Source: a virus (taxonomy: Duplodnaviria > Caudoviricetes). From it: DNA of 32,971 nt. The DNA lies in IMG/VR virus record IMGVR_UViG_3300022923_000057, positions 1-32,971 of that record; one strand, given 5' to 3'. How positions within the stretch are numbered: the first letter of the stretch is position 1; each line of letters begins with the position of its first letter. Both the position numbers and the translations under genes were made by a program. The notes below the pieces were generated by a model. That model had not been told where the DNA came from and searched no databases. It saw only the letters and a list, made by a program, of their open reading frames with translations. This document shows positions 8,912-18,895 of this stretch, piece by piece.

Positions 8912-10953
8912 TGTCTGTTAGAACTGACATAAAACAGGCCCTTGATATAAAATTAACGAGGGATGGTCAAAACACCACACTCTCAAACGAAATCAAAAAA
9001 GCCAAAGAATCTGAACTGGTTAAGAATGCGACTATTCTTGGTCAGGAAGCGGGGAAGGTAGAGAAGGGTTTCAAGAATCTTGAGACAGCAGTCTCTTCTG
9101 CCGGAACGTTTGAAGCAAAGGGTGAAGCGCTGGTAGAACTAACCGATCAGGTTGACGGTCTTGGTAAGACGTTTGATCGTGCAGCTACCGATATCAATTT
9201 AAGTGTTCCCGAATTGGGTGGAATTTTCGGTGAGGGTGAGGGAAGTCTTGAGAATCTTATTGATGGACTTGGATCCGGTGACTCAGCTTCACTGTTAGAC
9301 GGTCTTACCTCTACGGTAGAGGCAATCGGTGGTGACATTGCGGGACAGATTGCACAGATCATCACACTCCTAACCGGACTCGGTGCAATGCTTGATAACC
9401 TTAGCGCTGCGGGTGTATCTGGTAGTGGTATGGATGCATTGTCTAAGACTGGGGAAACAATGGCTGCAAAGGCAGATGGACTCATGGGAAGTCTGGAAAC
9501 TGCAGCGGGTAGTCTGAGTAGTATCTCCGATGTTTCTAGTTTATCAGAATTGACCGGAACAATCAACAACTTTGCACAAGATATTAGTAATGTTGCGAGT
9601 GAAATATCTGCGATTCAAAATATCAACCCTGCATCCGAATTCACCAACAACCTCTTACAGGATGATGTTGGCGGACTGTCAGAACTTGGAAAGACATTTG
9701 AAGATGCGAAGTCAACGGTTGACGGAATTACAGGTGAAGTCAATAGTGTTCTTGCCGAGGTGGACAAAGCTAAATCTTTTGTAGATGAAAATGTTAGTAA
9801 AGCAAGAGGTTTAGTGAATGAGGGGAAGGCTCTAGTTGGTGATCTTCAGACCGGAGGGGGTAAGTTACAAGACCTCGCTGAGAACACAACCCTGCAAGCC
9901 TCTGGTAAGGTCAATGACCTTCTTGGCGCAACAAGTCTTCGTGGTACAGGAGTAACTCCTAAACCCCAAGGCGGTGGCGGCGGAAGAGGTGGTAGTGGTA
10001 GTCTGAGTAAATCAGCAATATCCAATGTCATCAAACAAACACAAAGTGGTGCTCCTGTCGATCTTGCGAAGGCAGTTCAGACCGTGGGTGGTGGAAACGT
10101 TGGTGTCGATCCTTCAATCAAACCCATCCTTGCTAAACAAAAAGGATTCTCTAATACACGTGAGTTGGTAGAGAAGGTTGTCGCAGAATGTAAAACTAAA
10201 GGAATTGATCCAGCTTTGATTAGTGACTTTGTGAAAGTCATGGGTGTCGTGGAAGTGGGTGTTACCACAATCGACACAACAATCACAGACCAAATTAAAG
10301 TCGGTTCTCAGGAAAGAAGTATCTGGAAAGAGTCTTTCGATGTTGTTGGTTATCCAAGAGAATTTGATACGTATCAACGGTTTGAGACAGGGGAAATTAC
10401 TGCAGCGACACAGGCAAATTCGGTTACCGCAGAAAAGAAACCTATTGTATTCCAGACGTGTGATACCAAAGAAGAACTTCAGGCTGAGGTTCGTCTATTC
10501 AAACGTGAGATTCGATCTTTGATCATTCACTCTACAGAGTCGTTTAAGAATCAATACTTGACTGCAGAGATGTTACACGAAGATGCAAAGGCCCGTGGAT
10601 TCCCCACCATTCAGTATCACTATGTAATTCGCAGAGATGGTACGATGCAGAGGGGTATTCCAACAACATTGATTTCAGAACTTGACCCTAGAGAATACAG
10701 AAACACATCCATCAACATTGCTATGGTCGGTGGTATTGATGCGCCTAGTGGTACAGAGGGTGCAAACTCGTTTAGATCGGGTAACTCGTTCACTCTTGCA
10801 CAGTATCAAACTCTAGACACTTTCCTAGATACATTCTTTAAAGGATATCCTGGCGCCAAAGTATATGGTTATGGTGAACTGGTAGATACTACTAACGAAC
10901 CGTACTTTAACGTGGAGAAATATGTGCAAAGGAAATTTGGTAAAATACGATGA
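8911..10953 (+). CDS. Long low-complexity protein with a C-terminal T7-lysozyme/Amidase_2-like domain (possibly non-catalytic)
   Basis: C-terminal LIIHST...YHYVIRRDG...RG.P...SINIAMVGG...FT.AQ..TL...YPGAKVYG follows the T7 gp3.5 amidase pattern. The N-terminal ~500 aa are G/S/A/L/D-rich. Confidence 0.7.
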   Translation: MSVRTDIKQALDIKLTRDGQNTTLSNEIKKAKESELVKNATILGQEAGKVEKGFKNLETAVSSAGTFEAKGEALVELTDQVDGLGKTFDRAATDINLSVPELGGIFGEGEGSLENLIDGLGSGDSASLLDGLTSTVEAIGGDIAGQIAQIITLLTGLGAMLDNLSAAGVSGSGMDALSKTGETMAAKADGLMGSLETAAGSLSSISDVSSLSELTGTINNFAQDISNVASEISAIQNINPASEFTNNLLQDDVGGLSELGKTFEDAKSTVDGITGEVNSVLAEVDKAKSFVDENVSKARGLVNEGKALVGDLQTGGGKLQDLAENTTLQASGKVNDLLGATSLRGTGVTPKPQGGGGGRGGSGSLSKSAISNVIKQTQSGAPVDLAKAVQTVGGGNVGVDPSIKPILAKQKGFSNTRELVEKVVAECKTKGIDPALISDFVKVMGVVEVGVTTIDTTITDQIKVGSQERSIWKESFDVVGYPREFDTYQRFETGEITAATQANSVTAEKKPIVFQTCDTKEELQAEVRLFKREIRSLIIHSTESFKNQYLTAEMLHEDAKARGFPTIQYHYVIRRDGTMQRGIPTTLISELDPREYRNTSINIAMVGGIDAPSGTEGANSFRSGNSFTLAQYQTLDTFLDTFFKGYPGAKVYGYGELVDTTNEPYFNVEKYVQRKFGKIR

Positions 10954-12467
10954 GTAAGAAGACAGAAGCCGAACAGGGTACTATTCAGGAAAATGAGGGA
11001 ACTAACCTCTATGGGTTTCAAGACCCCACAGGAGAATTCCCTCGTGAAGATTATTGGGGAGAGAGTTCTATCAACCGTGCAGCACGTGGTGCTGGTGGTG
11101 TAGGACAAAAGGACAAACCCAATGATCTCACTATGTCTGCGGTGTTCCCCAATATCGACATGGGTCTTGGTACTGCAACACAGGGCGAAGATGGAACCAT
11201 TGAGTTCGAAACTAACACGGGACGTTCCAAGTATCCTTATAACAAGGTAACAGAGACTTACTCAGGACATGTCATTGAGATTGACGATACCGAAGGTAAC
11301 GAACGTGTCCTGATTCGTCATCGTACTGGTTCTGGTATTGAGATGCGTAAGGACGGGTCTATTTGGATCAGTGCAACCAAGGACAAGTATGAGACTGTCG
11401 GTGCGGACTGTAAGATTGTAGTCGAGGGTAACACGGAGATTGCCTATGAGGGCAACCTTGATATGTGGGTGGGTGGTAACTTCAACCTAGACGTTGGTGG
11501 TAACCAGAACATCAAGATTAAGGGTAACAAGAACGAGAGAGTTGCAAAGGATCACAAACACAGAACCTCTGGTAATTCCGAATATACCACAAAGGGGAAT
11601 GCAAAGATTTCCACAATGGGCATTCACACCGATGCGTGTCTAGGTGATCTACGTAAGACCATCACAAAAGGTAAACACGAAATCTCTGCAGAGGGGGCAG
11701 TAGACTTGGTATCTGATACCACACTCCTTCTTTCGGGTAAAAAGGAGGCGGTCATGGTATCGACTGCCTGTAACATCTCTGGTACAACCGTATCTGCAAT
11801 TGGTATGAAAGGATCGTTTGGTGGTGACTTCGTAGACTTCTTTGGTAAGTCTTTCTCAGGGCCACTTGGGCCCCAACCCGCATCTGGTGCTGCCTTCTAC
11901 GGATCGGTGATCGGGACTTCTCTATTCTCAACTTTCTCACAGTTTGCGGGAGAGTCATTACGTGCGGGAACTGCGGGTGCATTGGGCCCGCCTGGTTGGG
12001 GTCTTGCTGTAGTTCCTCCGGTTGTTCCGATTCCACCTACATCACCCCCTCCTAAAGCTGCATTAGTCGGACTTCACCTTGCGGGCGGTGCGTATGCGAT
12101 TCGTACCGTAACCATCGATGCGGGTGGGACACTGAAATCAAAAATTCTCAAAACAGACTCCTATGGTGGTGTCTTTGATGATGGTGAACCTACGACTCAA
12201 GAAGCACGATCTGCAATGCGAGATGCTTCAAACAAAGATGCGATTGGTGCGTCACTGGCAGTAGACGGTGTTATCAGTGACAAACTTGACGATGTTGTTC
12301 CACCCAACATTGGTAGAACGGCTGGTAAAGCAAGAACAACACAATTTGGTAACACGCCTTTGGGTAATACTATCAAAGGACTTGGTAAACAATTTACAGT
12401 ATCGAAACTAGAAGAGGAAGTGGAGTTACCTCCGCCTCAAATAAGAGTGAGTGAGGATTCGGCATGA
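10950..12467 (+). CDS. gp5: gp5 C-terminal part (beta-helix spike protein)
   Basis: GF.DP.G.FP, YPYNKV.ET.SGHVIEIDDT.G.ER....HRTGS..E, followed by V.GN-type beta-helix repeats (VEGN, YEGN, VGGN, VGGN, IKGN). Confidence 0.8.
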   Translation: MSKKTEAEQGTIQENEGTNLYGFQDPTGEFPREDYWGESSINRAARGAGGVGQKDKPNDLTMSAVFPNIDMGLGTATQGEDGTIEFETNTGRSKYPYNKVTETYSGHVIEIDDTEGNERVLIRHRTGSGIEMRKDGSIWISATKDKYETVGADCKIVVEGNTEIAYEGNLDMWVGGNFNLDVGGNQNIKIKGNKNERVAKDHKHRTSGNSEYTTKGNAKISTMGIHTDACLGDLRKTITKGKHEISAEGAVDLVSDTTLLLSGKKEAVMVSTACNISGTTVSAIGMKGSFGGDFVDFFGKSFSGPLGPQPASGAAFYGSVIGTSLFSTFSQFAGESLRAGTAGALGPPGWGLAVVPPVVPIPPTSPPPKAALVGLHLAGGAYAIRTVTIDAGGTLKSKILKTDSYGGVFDDGEPTTQEARSAMRDASNKDAIGASLAVDGVISDKLDDVVPPNIGRTAGKARTTQFGNTPLGNTIKGLGKQFTVSKLEEEVELPPPQIRVSEDSA

Positions 12468-13054
12468 TATATTTAGCAGACCCCGTTTATAATCCGGAAC
12501 AACACAATCCGGTACAGATCACATCCAAGATTAAACTTGCAAAGGGCATTTCCATTGCAACATTCTTAGGATATGGTGCACCTTCTTTGGGACACATTGG
12601 TAGTGCGGAACAGAGAGCACAGGTTGCACGTAACTTATTGTTGCACGCTGACATCATGAATATGGTCAATGCGGACAAAGACTTTTTTCGTGATGTTAGA
12701 ATAAAGGTATCAGAAGGACTGTATGCTGCAGGCCCAACAGAGACCATTGCGGGTGACAATCTTCTGAAAGCAGATGGACGTATGATTGGTTATCAAGTGA
12801 TCAATGGTTTTGGTAAACTTGATTTGGAAAGAACATTCGATGTTGCTGTCTATCTCAAGGACAATGCGAGATTCAAAAGACTTGTTCTGGACTACGATAC
12901 GTATAATCCAGACGGTTCTTTGACAGCTACTATCTTAGTAGAGTTTCCTATGATTCCTCCCACTTATGATGTGGTGTTCAAACAAGATATTCAGACACAA
13001 TACAACGGAACCTTATTTTCCAATAAAGAACTCGTAGAAGTCTTGCCAAAATAG
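12464..13054 (+). CDS. Hypothetical baseplate-region protein, possibly a degenerate peptidase-M15-like fold
   Basis: Translationally coupled (ATGA overlap) to the gp5 C-part. Only loose resemblance to the M15A motif spacing. Confidence 0.45.
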   Translation: MIYLADPVYNPEQHNPVQITSKIKLAKGISIATFLGYGAPSLGHIGSAEQRAQVARNLLLHADIMNMVNADKDFFRDVRIKVSEGLYAAGPTETIAGDNLLKADGRMIGYQVINGFGKLDLERTFDVAVYLKDNARFKRLVLDYDTYNPDGSLTATILVEFPMIPPTYDVVFKQDIQTQYNGTLFSNKELVEVLPK

Positions 13055-13062
13055 TATAAATA
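13055..13062 (+). promoter_or_regulatory. T4-type late promoter TATAAATA
   Basis: Exact consensus 27 nt upstream of the gp25 ATG. Confidence 0.85.
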
Positions 13063-13089
13063 GAATTAGTCTAACACAAGAGAACTAAG

Positions 13090-13545
13090 ATGGCAATAAA
13101 ACGTGCTCTGTCAATAGAGGATCGCAATCTAGATACGGTTACCTTTAAAACTACAAGGAACCGTAAGAATCTAGATATCGACTTGGGATTCTCCCCCAAA
13201 CCTACAACGGGAGACATCTACAAGAAGACTGAGGCGCAGGCAGTCAAACAGGCTGTTCGTAATCTTCTGACTACAGGTAAATACGAAAAACCATTCCAAC
13301 CGGATTTTGGTGCACGTCTGTACGACTTTCTCTTTGAACTGGACACGCTATATGATGGAGAAGCAATCATCAACAACGTCTATGAGTCAATTAGAGTTTA
13401 TGAACCTAGAGTTGATTTGAGGACACTGGAAGTGATTCCTAGAATTCTACCAGACCAAAACACTCTGCAAGTTGATGTTATTTTCAAAGTAATAAATTCA
13501 GGTGATGAAGTGCAGCTCACCACAACATTAAATAGGTTAAGGTAA
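13090..13545 (+). CDS. gp25: Baseplate wedge subunit / sheath initiator, T4 gp25-like
   Basis: DIDL.F, AVKQAVRNLL.T...EKPF.P.FG..L...LFE, I..YEPRV and terminal L.RLR. Confidence 0.9.
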   Translation: MAIKRALSIEDRNLDTVTFKTTRNRKNLDIDLGFSPKPTTGDIYKKTEAQAVKQAVRNLLTTGKYEKPFQPDFGARLYDFLFELDTLYDGEAIINNVYESIRVYEPRVDLRTLEVIPRILPDQNTLQVDVIFKVINSGDEVQLTTTLNRLR

Positions 13546-15374
13546 TGGCGACAACTATCAAATCGTCCTCGTTGGACTTTGCAAGTATTAAGAACAACCT
13601 TAAGTCGTTCTTACAGGAGAAAGAGGAGTTCAAAGATTATAACTTTGAAGCCTCTGGTCTATCGAACCTATTGGATGTCCTTGCGTACAACACACACCTA
13701 AACGGTCTCACCGCAAACTTTGCATTGAACGAGTCGTTTCTTTCGACCGCTCAGTTGCGTAGTTCTCTGGTGCAACTATCAGAAGCCATTGGTTATATTC
13801 CAGACTCCAAGACCGCATCCGAAGCCATTATTCGAATGGGTATGAACCTATCAAACGTTGCGGGACGTGAAGCCACGATTACTATTGCGTCTGGTTATCA
13901 GTTCACCTCCAAGGTTGATGCTGTAAAATATACATTCCAAACTAACGAAACGTTGATTGCTTCCGACGATGGTGCTGGTTACTATCAATTTACGACACTT
14001 GATGGGAAAGACAAGATTCCTGTCTTTGAAGGTCAGAAGAAAGTTAGAAGTTTTATTGCTGGTAGTAACGACGAAAATGCTGTGTATATCATTCCCGACA
14101 AAAATATGGATATCGATACTGCAGTGGTCAAGGTCTATGAAAACACGAGTACGACAAAATTTGTCACGTACACAAGCATTCTGAAAGCAACAACGATCAG
14201 CGAACAATCCACACTGTACATCCTCAAGGAGATGCCTAACGGTTACTTCGAATTGAGTTTTGGTAACGGTACAACATTGGGTCAGACACCAATTCCTGGC
14301 GGTAAAATTGTAGTCGACTATTTGTCTGTAAATGGTGCAGCCGCAGATAATGCGTTAATCTTTGAACCTAGTTCAACAATCAAAATTACCAATACCGTAT
14401 CAAGAACTCCTGTGGTTAGCACATACTCCAAGTCTGTGGGTGGTGGAGAGAAGGAGTCTATCGAATCGATTCGTAAGAATGCTCCTTTCCAGTATGCTTC
14501 ACAGAATAGGATGGTTACCTTTGCGGACTATAATTCGCTTATCCTGCGTAACTTTTCTACGCTTATTAAGGACATTTCTAGTTGGGGTGGAGAGGACAAT
14601 ATCAAACCTGAGTTTGGTGTTGTCTTCACGTCTATCGAATTCCAAGATGACGTGGGCGAGAATAGAAAACAAGTAACCAAAGATGCTATCGTCGATCTCG
14701 CAGCACAAATTGCAGTCGCTACGTTTGGTATTAAGTTTACCGATCCTGTTAAGACGTGGGTTGAAACAGAGGTGTTCTTTAGATTCAACCCTAACCTAAC
14801 AACCCTGTCCCTGAACACAATTCAGGAAAATGTCAGATCGGTAGTAAATAATTATTTTGCAAAGAACACAGGTAAGTTTGGACAGGCTTTCCGTAGATCG
14901 AACCTGTTAACTCTAGTTGACGATGTTTCTCCTTCAGTCCTTTCTTCTCGTGCAGAAGTTAAGATGCAACAGAGATTCTTCCCGTCCTTGTTAGTAGAAC
15001 AAGATCACACACTTGATTTCCCTGTAGCGATTGCATCCCCCGACGATGTTCTGTATAGAATCACATCGTCCACTTTCTCATATAAAAATCAGAACTGTCA
15101 GGTGAGAAATCAGCTCAACTCTAATAAGTTGCAAGTGATCAACCTAACAACTAATAAACCTATTGTAGATAATGTGGGTTCTTATAACGCTGACCTTGGT
15201 AAGGTAGAGATTGTCGGTCTACAGGTGGATCAGGTTATTGGTGGTAACAACTACATTAAGTTGGCGGTAGTTCCTGCAAACCAGTCCGTTGTACTTCCGA
15301 CAAGAGAATACATCTTAAATCACGATTCCGCTAGATCGGTTGCACGTGCAGTAATAACGGATGCAGATAACTAA
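13545..15374 (+). CDS. gp6: Baseplate wedge subunit, T4 gp6-like
   Basis: LDF..IK.NLK.FL....EF.DYNFE.SGLS.LLDVLAYNTH, NESFL.TAQLRSS, FG.G..G and GG.KESIESIR.NAP..YA.QNR.VT..DY. Confidence 0.92.
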   Translation: MATTIKSSSLDFASIKNNLKSFLQEKEEFKDYNFEASGLSNLLDVLAYNTHLNGLTANFALNESFLSTAQLRSSLVQLSEAIGYIPDSKTASEAIIRMGMNLSNVAGREATITIASGYQFTSKVDAVKYTFQTNETLIASDDGAGYYQFTTLDGKDKIPVFEGQKKVRSFIAGSNDENAVYIIPDKNMDIDTAVVKVYENTSTTKFVTYTSILKATTISEQSTLYILKEMPNGYFELSFGNGTTLGQTPIPGGKIVVDYLSVNGAAADNALIFEPSSTIKITNTVSRTPVVSTYSKSVGGGEKESIESIRKNAPFQYASQNRMVTFADYNSLILRNFSTLIKDISSWGGEDNIKPEFGVVFTSIEFQDDVGENRKQVTKDAIVDLAAQIAVATFGIKFTDPVKTWVETEVFFRFNPNLTTLSLNTIQENVRSVVNNYFAKNTGKFGQAFRRSNLLTLVDDVSPSVLSSRAEVKMQQRFFPSLLVEQDHTLDFPVAIASPDDVLYRITSSTFSYKNQNCQVRNQLNSNKLQVINLTTNKPIVDNVGSYNADLGKVEIVGLQVDQVIGGNNYIKLAVVPANQSVVLPTREYILNHDSARSVARAVITDADN

Positions 15375-16432
15375 TGAGTCATACAGTAGTAGATAGAACT
15401 CTTATCGATATTGGGAGACGTGAACCCAATATCCGTGAGTATGTGATTGAAGAGGCTCTCCCACAACATATTGTAGAGAGTTATCCCAACTTTGTCAAGT
15501 TTCTTGAGGGTTATTTTGACTTTGAAGAAACGATAGAGTCTCCTTCACATCTCATTCAAGAACTATTCTACACACGTGATATAACTCAAACAGACTTGAA
15601 ATTGTTGTCCTTCATTGAGGACGAACTCCTTCTTGGACAGTCATACTTCGAAGGTTTCCAAGATAAGAGAGCGGCTGCAAAATATTCAAGTACTCTTTAT
15701 AGATCGAAGGGTACGAAGTATTCTATTCAACAGTTCTTTCGAACGTTCTTTGCTATTGACCCCGATGTGGTCTACACAAAGGAACAAATTTTCAACGTTG
15801 GTGAATCTAGAATTGGTGCAGAATCTCAGAGATACATCACCGATGATAAATTGTATCAACAATTTGCAATTCTGATTAAGAGTGAACTCTCAGTATCGCA
15901 ATGGAGAAAACCATACAAGTTGTTTACGCACCCTGCTGGTATGTACCTTGGTGCGGAAGTACAACTTGTTGGTGTGTTTGATCTAAACATTCAGGATCAA
16001 CCACCTCCGGGCTTACAAGATATTCCTGAGTTCGAACTTGAAGGTTTTGCATCACTTCAGCCCAGAGCGATCACAAGTGCTACTGGTCTGTTTAATTTCA
16101 ACGCACCAGATGGAACAGTACAAGTGTTCAGAACAACTCTTGGTTCAGAATCTACATATCCGAACCCTGGCGGTAACGATATTATCGACCTACAGAACAG
16201 AACGGTTGGTGAACTTGCTGACATGTACTCGTCCTTGGCTGAGTACCTTGAAGCAGATGCACCTACATTCGACGAAGATTCGGATCGTCAAGGATCGTCT
16301 ATGGACTTCTCTTCTACAGAAACTATCGATCAAGACAAGTTCGATTGGGTGGATTCAGACGGAATCACTAACCTTGATGAATTGCTGGATTCTGACTACA
16401 ATAAAAATATTGACAACACATATGTACCGTAA
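15374..16432 (+). CDS. Baseplate wedge protein, gp7-like (short form)
   Basis: LP......YP.FV.FLE.Y, Y.SKGT..S...FFR.FF, YQ.F...I.S.L....W...YK...HPAG; follows gp6; acidic C-terminal tail. Confidence 0.65.
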   Translation: MSHTVVDRTLIDIGRREPNIREYVIEEALPQHIVESYPNFVKFLEGYFDFEETIESPSHLIQELFYTRDITQTDLKLLSFIEDELLLGQSYFEGFQDKRAAAKYSSTLYRSKGTKYSIQQFFRTFFAIDPDVVYTKEQIFNVGESRIGAESQRYITDDKLYQQFAILIKSELSVSQWRKPYKLFTHPAGMYLGAEVQLVGVFDLNIQDQPPPGLQDIPEFELEGFASLQPRAITSATGLFNFNAPDGTVQVFRTTLGSESTYPNPGGNDIIDLQNRTVGELADMYSSLAEYLEADAPTFDEDSDRQGSSMDFSSTETIDQDKFDWVDSDGITNLDELLDSDYNKNIDNTYVP

Positions 16433-16437
16433 ATTGG

Positions 16438-16445
16438 TATAAATA
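16438..16445 (+). promoter_or_regulatory. T4-type late promoter TATAAATA
   Basis: Exact consensus 29 nt upstream of the ATG at 16475; same GTATAAATAGAA context as the 13055 site. Confidence 0.85.
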
Positions 16446-16474
16446 GAACTATAAGTTTTTAGGGTAAACCGACA

Positions 16475-17470
16475 ATGACTAGACAGGTAATCAACAGAGG
16501 AACAACTGCGAATGACGGAACGGGTGATACCCTCCGTAGCGCAGGCCTGAAGATTGAACAGAACTTCCAAGAAATCTATGAGAAACTTGGTGGAGATAGT
16601 TCTGTCCTCATGCCTAAGGTTTCTTTTGACAGTGACCACCTTATCCTAAATGGTAACATCTGGGATACCAAGATTGGTAAAGAAGAACCCACTTCTGATA
16701 ACACGATTCTCTTCCCCGACTTTACGGGCGAAGTGACGGTTGACTCTGCAACTCAGACAATCGCAAACAAGACGGTTCTTACTACAACCTTGGTTCAGCC
16801 TTTCATTGCGGAGAGTGCGGATGCGGTTCATACGTTCCACATCCATGCACTACCTTTGTCTCAGTACACAGACATCTATCTGCCTTCTCTGACAGACAGT
16901 GATGAGTTTACCTTCAACGATCACACTCAGACCCTAAACAACAAGACAATTAATGCACCTATGTTGAACAATCCTAAGATTGGAACAGAGTTGCAAGATA
17001 GTGCTGGTAACCAACTTATTGAGTTTATCTCAACGCCTGGAGCCGTCAATCACTTTAAGATCACCAATCAAACCAACAACAACACACCTGTGTTTGAAGC
17101 AGTTGGTACAGATGCCGACATCGATCTTGGTTTGAAAGCAAAAGGTGATGGTGGTGTAGAAATTCAGAGTAAACTGAAACTTGGTTATCAGATCATGACA
17201 TCTAACGGTGGAGTTGATGTTAATGTGCCTCTCACATTCTTTAACGCTGGTGGTGCTTTGACTATCACCATGCCCGATGGTGCGGAGAGAGGTGAGATCA
17301 AGTATCTGGTTAACCAGAACAGTGGTACTGCGACGATTACACCCGCAAATTTGCAGAACTTCAGTACAATAACATTACCAGTAAATCACTCATGCACTCT
17401 CGTTTGGGATACAGCTGAATGGATCGTAATAAATACAGGCATCGATTCCGCTGGTGCAATATTAAGTTAA
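16475..17470 (+). CDS. Baseplate wedge / tail-fibre connector with a T4 gp9/gp10-type N-terminus
   Basis: RQ.IN.GT.ANDGTGDTLR.AG.KI..NF.EIY N-terminal motif; QTIANKT and QTLNNKT fibre-type repeats. Confidence 0.75.
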   Translation: MTRQVINRGTTANDGTGDTLRSAGLKIEQNFQEIYEKLGGDSSVLMPKVSFDSDHLILNGNIWDTKIGKEEPTSDNTILFPDFTGEVTVDSATQTIANKTVLTTTLVQPFIAESADAVHTFHIHALPLSQYTDIYLPSLTDSDEFTFNDHTQTLNNKTINAPMLNNPKIGTELQDSAGNQLIEFISTPGAVNHFKITNQTNNNTPVFEAVGTDADIDLGLKAKGDGGVEIQSKLKLGYQIMTSNGGVDVNVPLTFFNAGGALTITMPDGAERGEIKYLVNQNSGTATITPANLQNFSTITLPVNHSCTLVWDTAEWIVINTGIDSAGAILS

Positions 17471-17483
17471 ATAGGACAAACAA

Positions 17484-18881
17484 ATGGCAGCCGTAGTTTT
17501 TGACAGACAAAGAAAGAACTCTATCAGAGATATCCTGATCGATATCAAGGACTCTGATAATTATTACTATGCGGGCATTGGACGTTCTGAAGACTGGAAC
17601 GACTCTGATGTTGCTCCCAATCCTGAGAACTCGTTGCGAGATGCACGTATTGCACGTCTTGCGATTCAATCAGTGAAGAATATCACTGACCAAACATTTG
17701 TGGTTCCTCGTTATAACTGGACTTCTGGTGCAGTATACTCTGCATATGATGATGACCAACAGGGTTATCCCATCAATGCATACTACGTGATGAACTCTAA
17801 CCAACAGATTTACATGTGTCTACAACAGGGTAGAACAAACGCTAACCCTCCTCAAGTAGTCGCATCAACAGTGCAACCTACTGGTAACACTACAGGTACA
17901 CCTTTCCGTACGGCTGACGGATATATGTGGAAATTCCTGTACTCCATCGGTGCATTGAAAGCGTCAAAGTTCATCTCAACTGCGTATATCCCCGTTTCGA
18001 AAGTACAAGACAGTGCAAATGCTACTCTACTATTGGATGAGATTGGAGTAGACTCTGACTCTCCTGCGGAAGACGTGGAACAACAGTTGGTTCAACAGAA
18101 CGCTGTGCCTGGACAGGTGTTGAGTTATGTAATAACTAACAACGGTTCGGGTTACACGTCTGCACCCACAGTTACTATTAGAGGTGATGGTAGTAACGCA
18201 AAGGCCGTTGCAACAGTTGTTGGTGGTCAGTTAACCAAGCTTACAGTACTTGACAGTTCTGACGGTTCTATTGCATTTGGTTCGGGTTATACTCGTGCAA
18301 GTGTTACACTCACCGGCGGTGGTGGTGACTCTGCACAAGCACGTGCAATCATCGGGCCTGATAATGGTATCGGTGCAGACCCTCGTGACGATCTTAAGTC
18401 TGGTGCTATCATGTTCAACACCAAACCTTCTGGTGCAGAAGATGGTTCTTTCTTAATTGATCAAGACTTCCGTCAAGTAACATTACTTAAGAATATCAAA
18501 CAGTGGGACAGTGATGCAGTATTCACTCAAGAAACTGGATCAGGTCTAGACAAACTTATATTGACGGCAGTAAACGATGGCCCATTCGTGGACGATCTTA
18601 TCGTTCAGGGTTCGACATCCGGAACGAAAGCATACATTGATGATGTAGACTCTAACGGAATCTTCTTCCACCAAAGCGATTACACTGGATATGGTAAATT
18701 TGATTCTGGTGAGACTATTTCTATTGTAGAGGGTGGTGGTTCAACTACTGCAACAGTAAGTAATATTCTAAGAGGAGAGTTTGATCCTATGTCGGGTGAA
18801 CTCCTATATATTGATAATCGTGCGGCAGTAATTAGATCGACTGACCAGACCGAAGACATCAAAATCGTAATTCAACTCTAA
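17484..18881 (+). CDS. gp8: Baseplate wedge subunit, T4 gp8-like
   Basis: Y.GIGRS..W, VVPRYNW.SG..Y, YYVMN....Y.CL, T.DGY.WKFLY and C-terminal SGELLYIDNR....R..DQTEDIKIVIQL. Confidence 0.85.
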   Translation: MAAVVFDRQRKNSIRDILIDIKDSDNYYYAGIGRSEDWNDSDVAPNPENSLRDARIARLAIQSVKNITDQTFVVPRYNWTSGAVYSAYDDDQQGYPINAYYVMNSNQQIYMCLQQGRTNANPPQVVASTVQPTGNTTGTPFRTADGYMWKFLYSIGALKASKFISTAYIPVSKVQDSANATLLLDEIGVDSDSPAEDVEQQLVQQNAVPGQVLSYVITNNGSGYTSAPTVTIRGDGSNAKAVATVVGGQLTKLTVLDSSDGSIAFGSGYTRASVTLTGGGGDSAQARAIIGPDNGIGADPRDDLKSGAIMFNTKPSGAEDGSFLIDQDFRQVTLLKNIKQWDSDAVFTQETGSGLDKLILTAVNDGPFVDDLIVQGSTSGTKAYIDDVDSNGIFFHQSDYTGYGKFDSGETISIVEGGGSTTATVSNILRGEFDPMSGELLYIDNRAAVIRSTDQTEDIKIVIQL

Positions 18882-18895
18882 GGTTGTAGAATAAA

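Noticed and set aside
17466-17473. GTTAAATA upstream of gp8 as a late promoter
   Set aside because: Two mismatches from consensus, overlaps a stop codon and lies only ~10 nt from the ATG, unlike the 26-38-nt spacing of the good sites.
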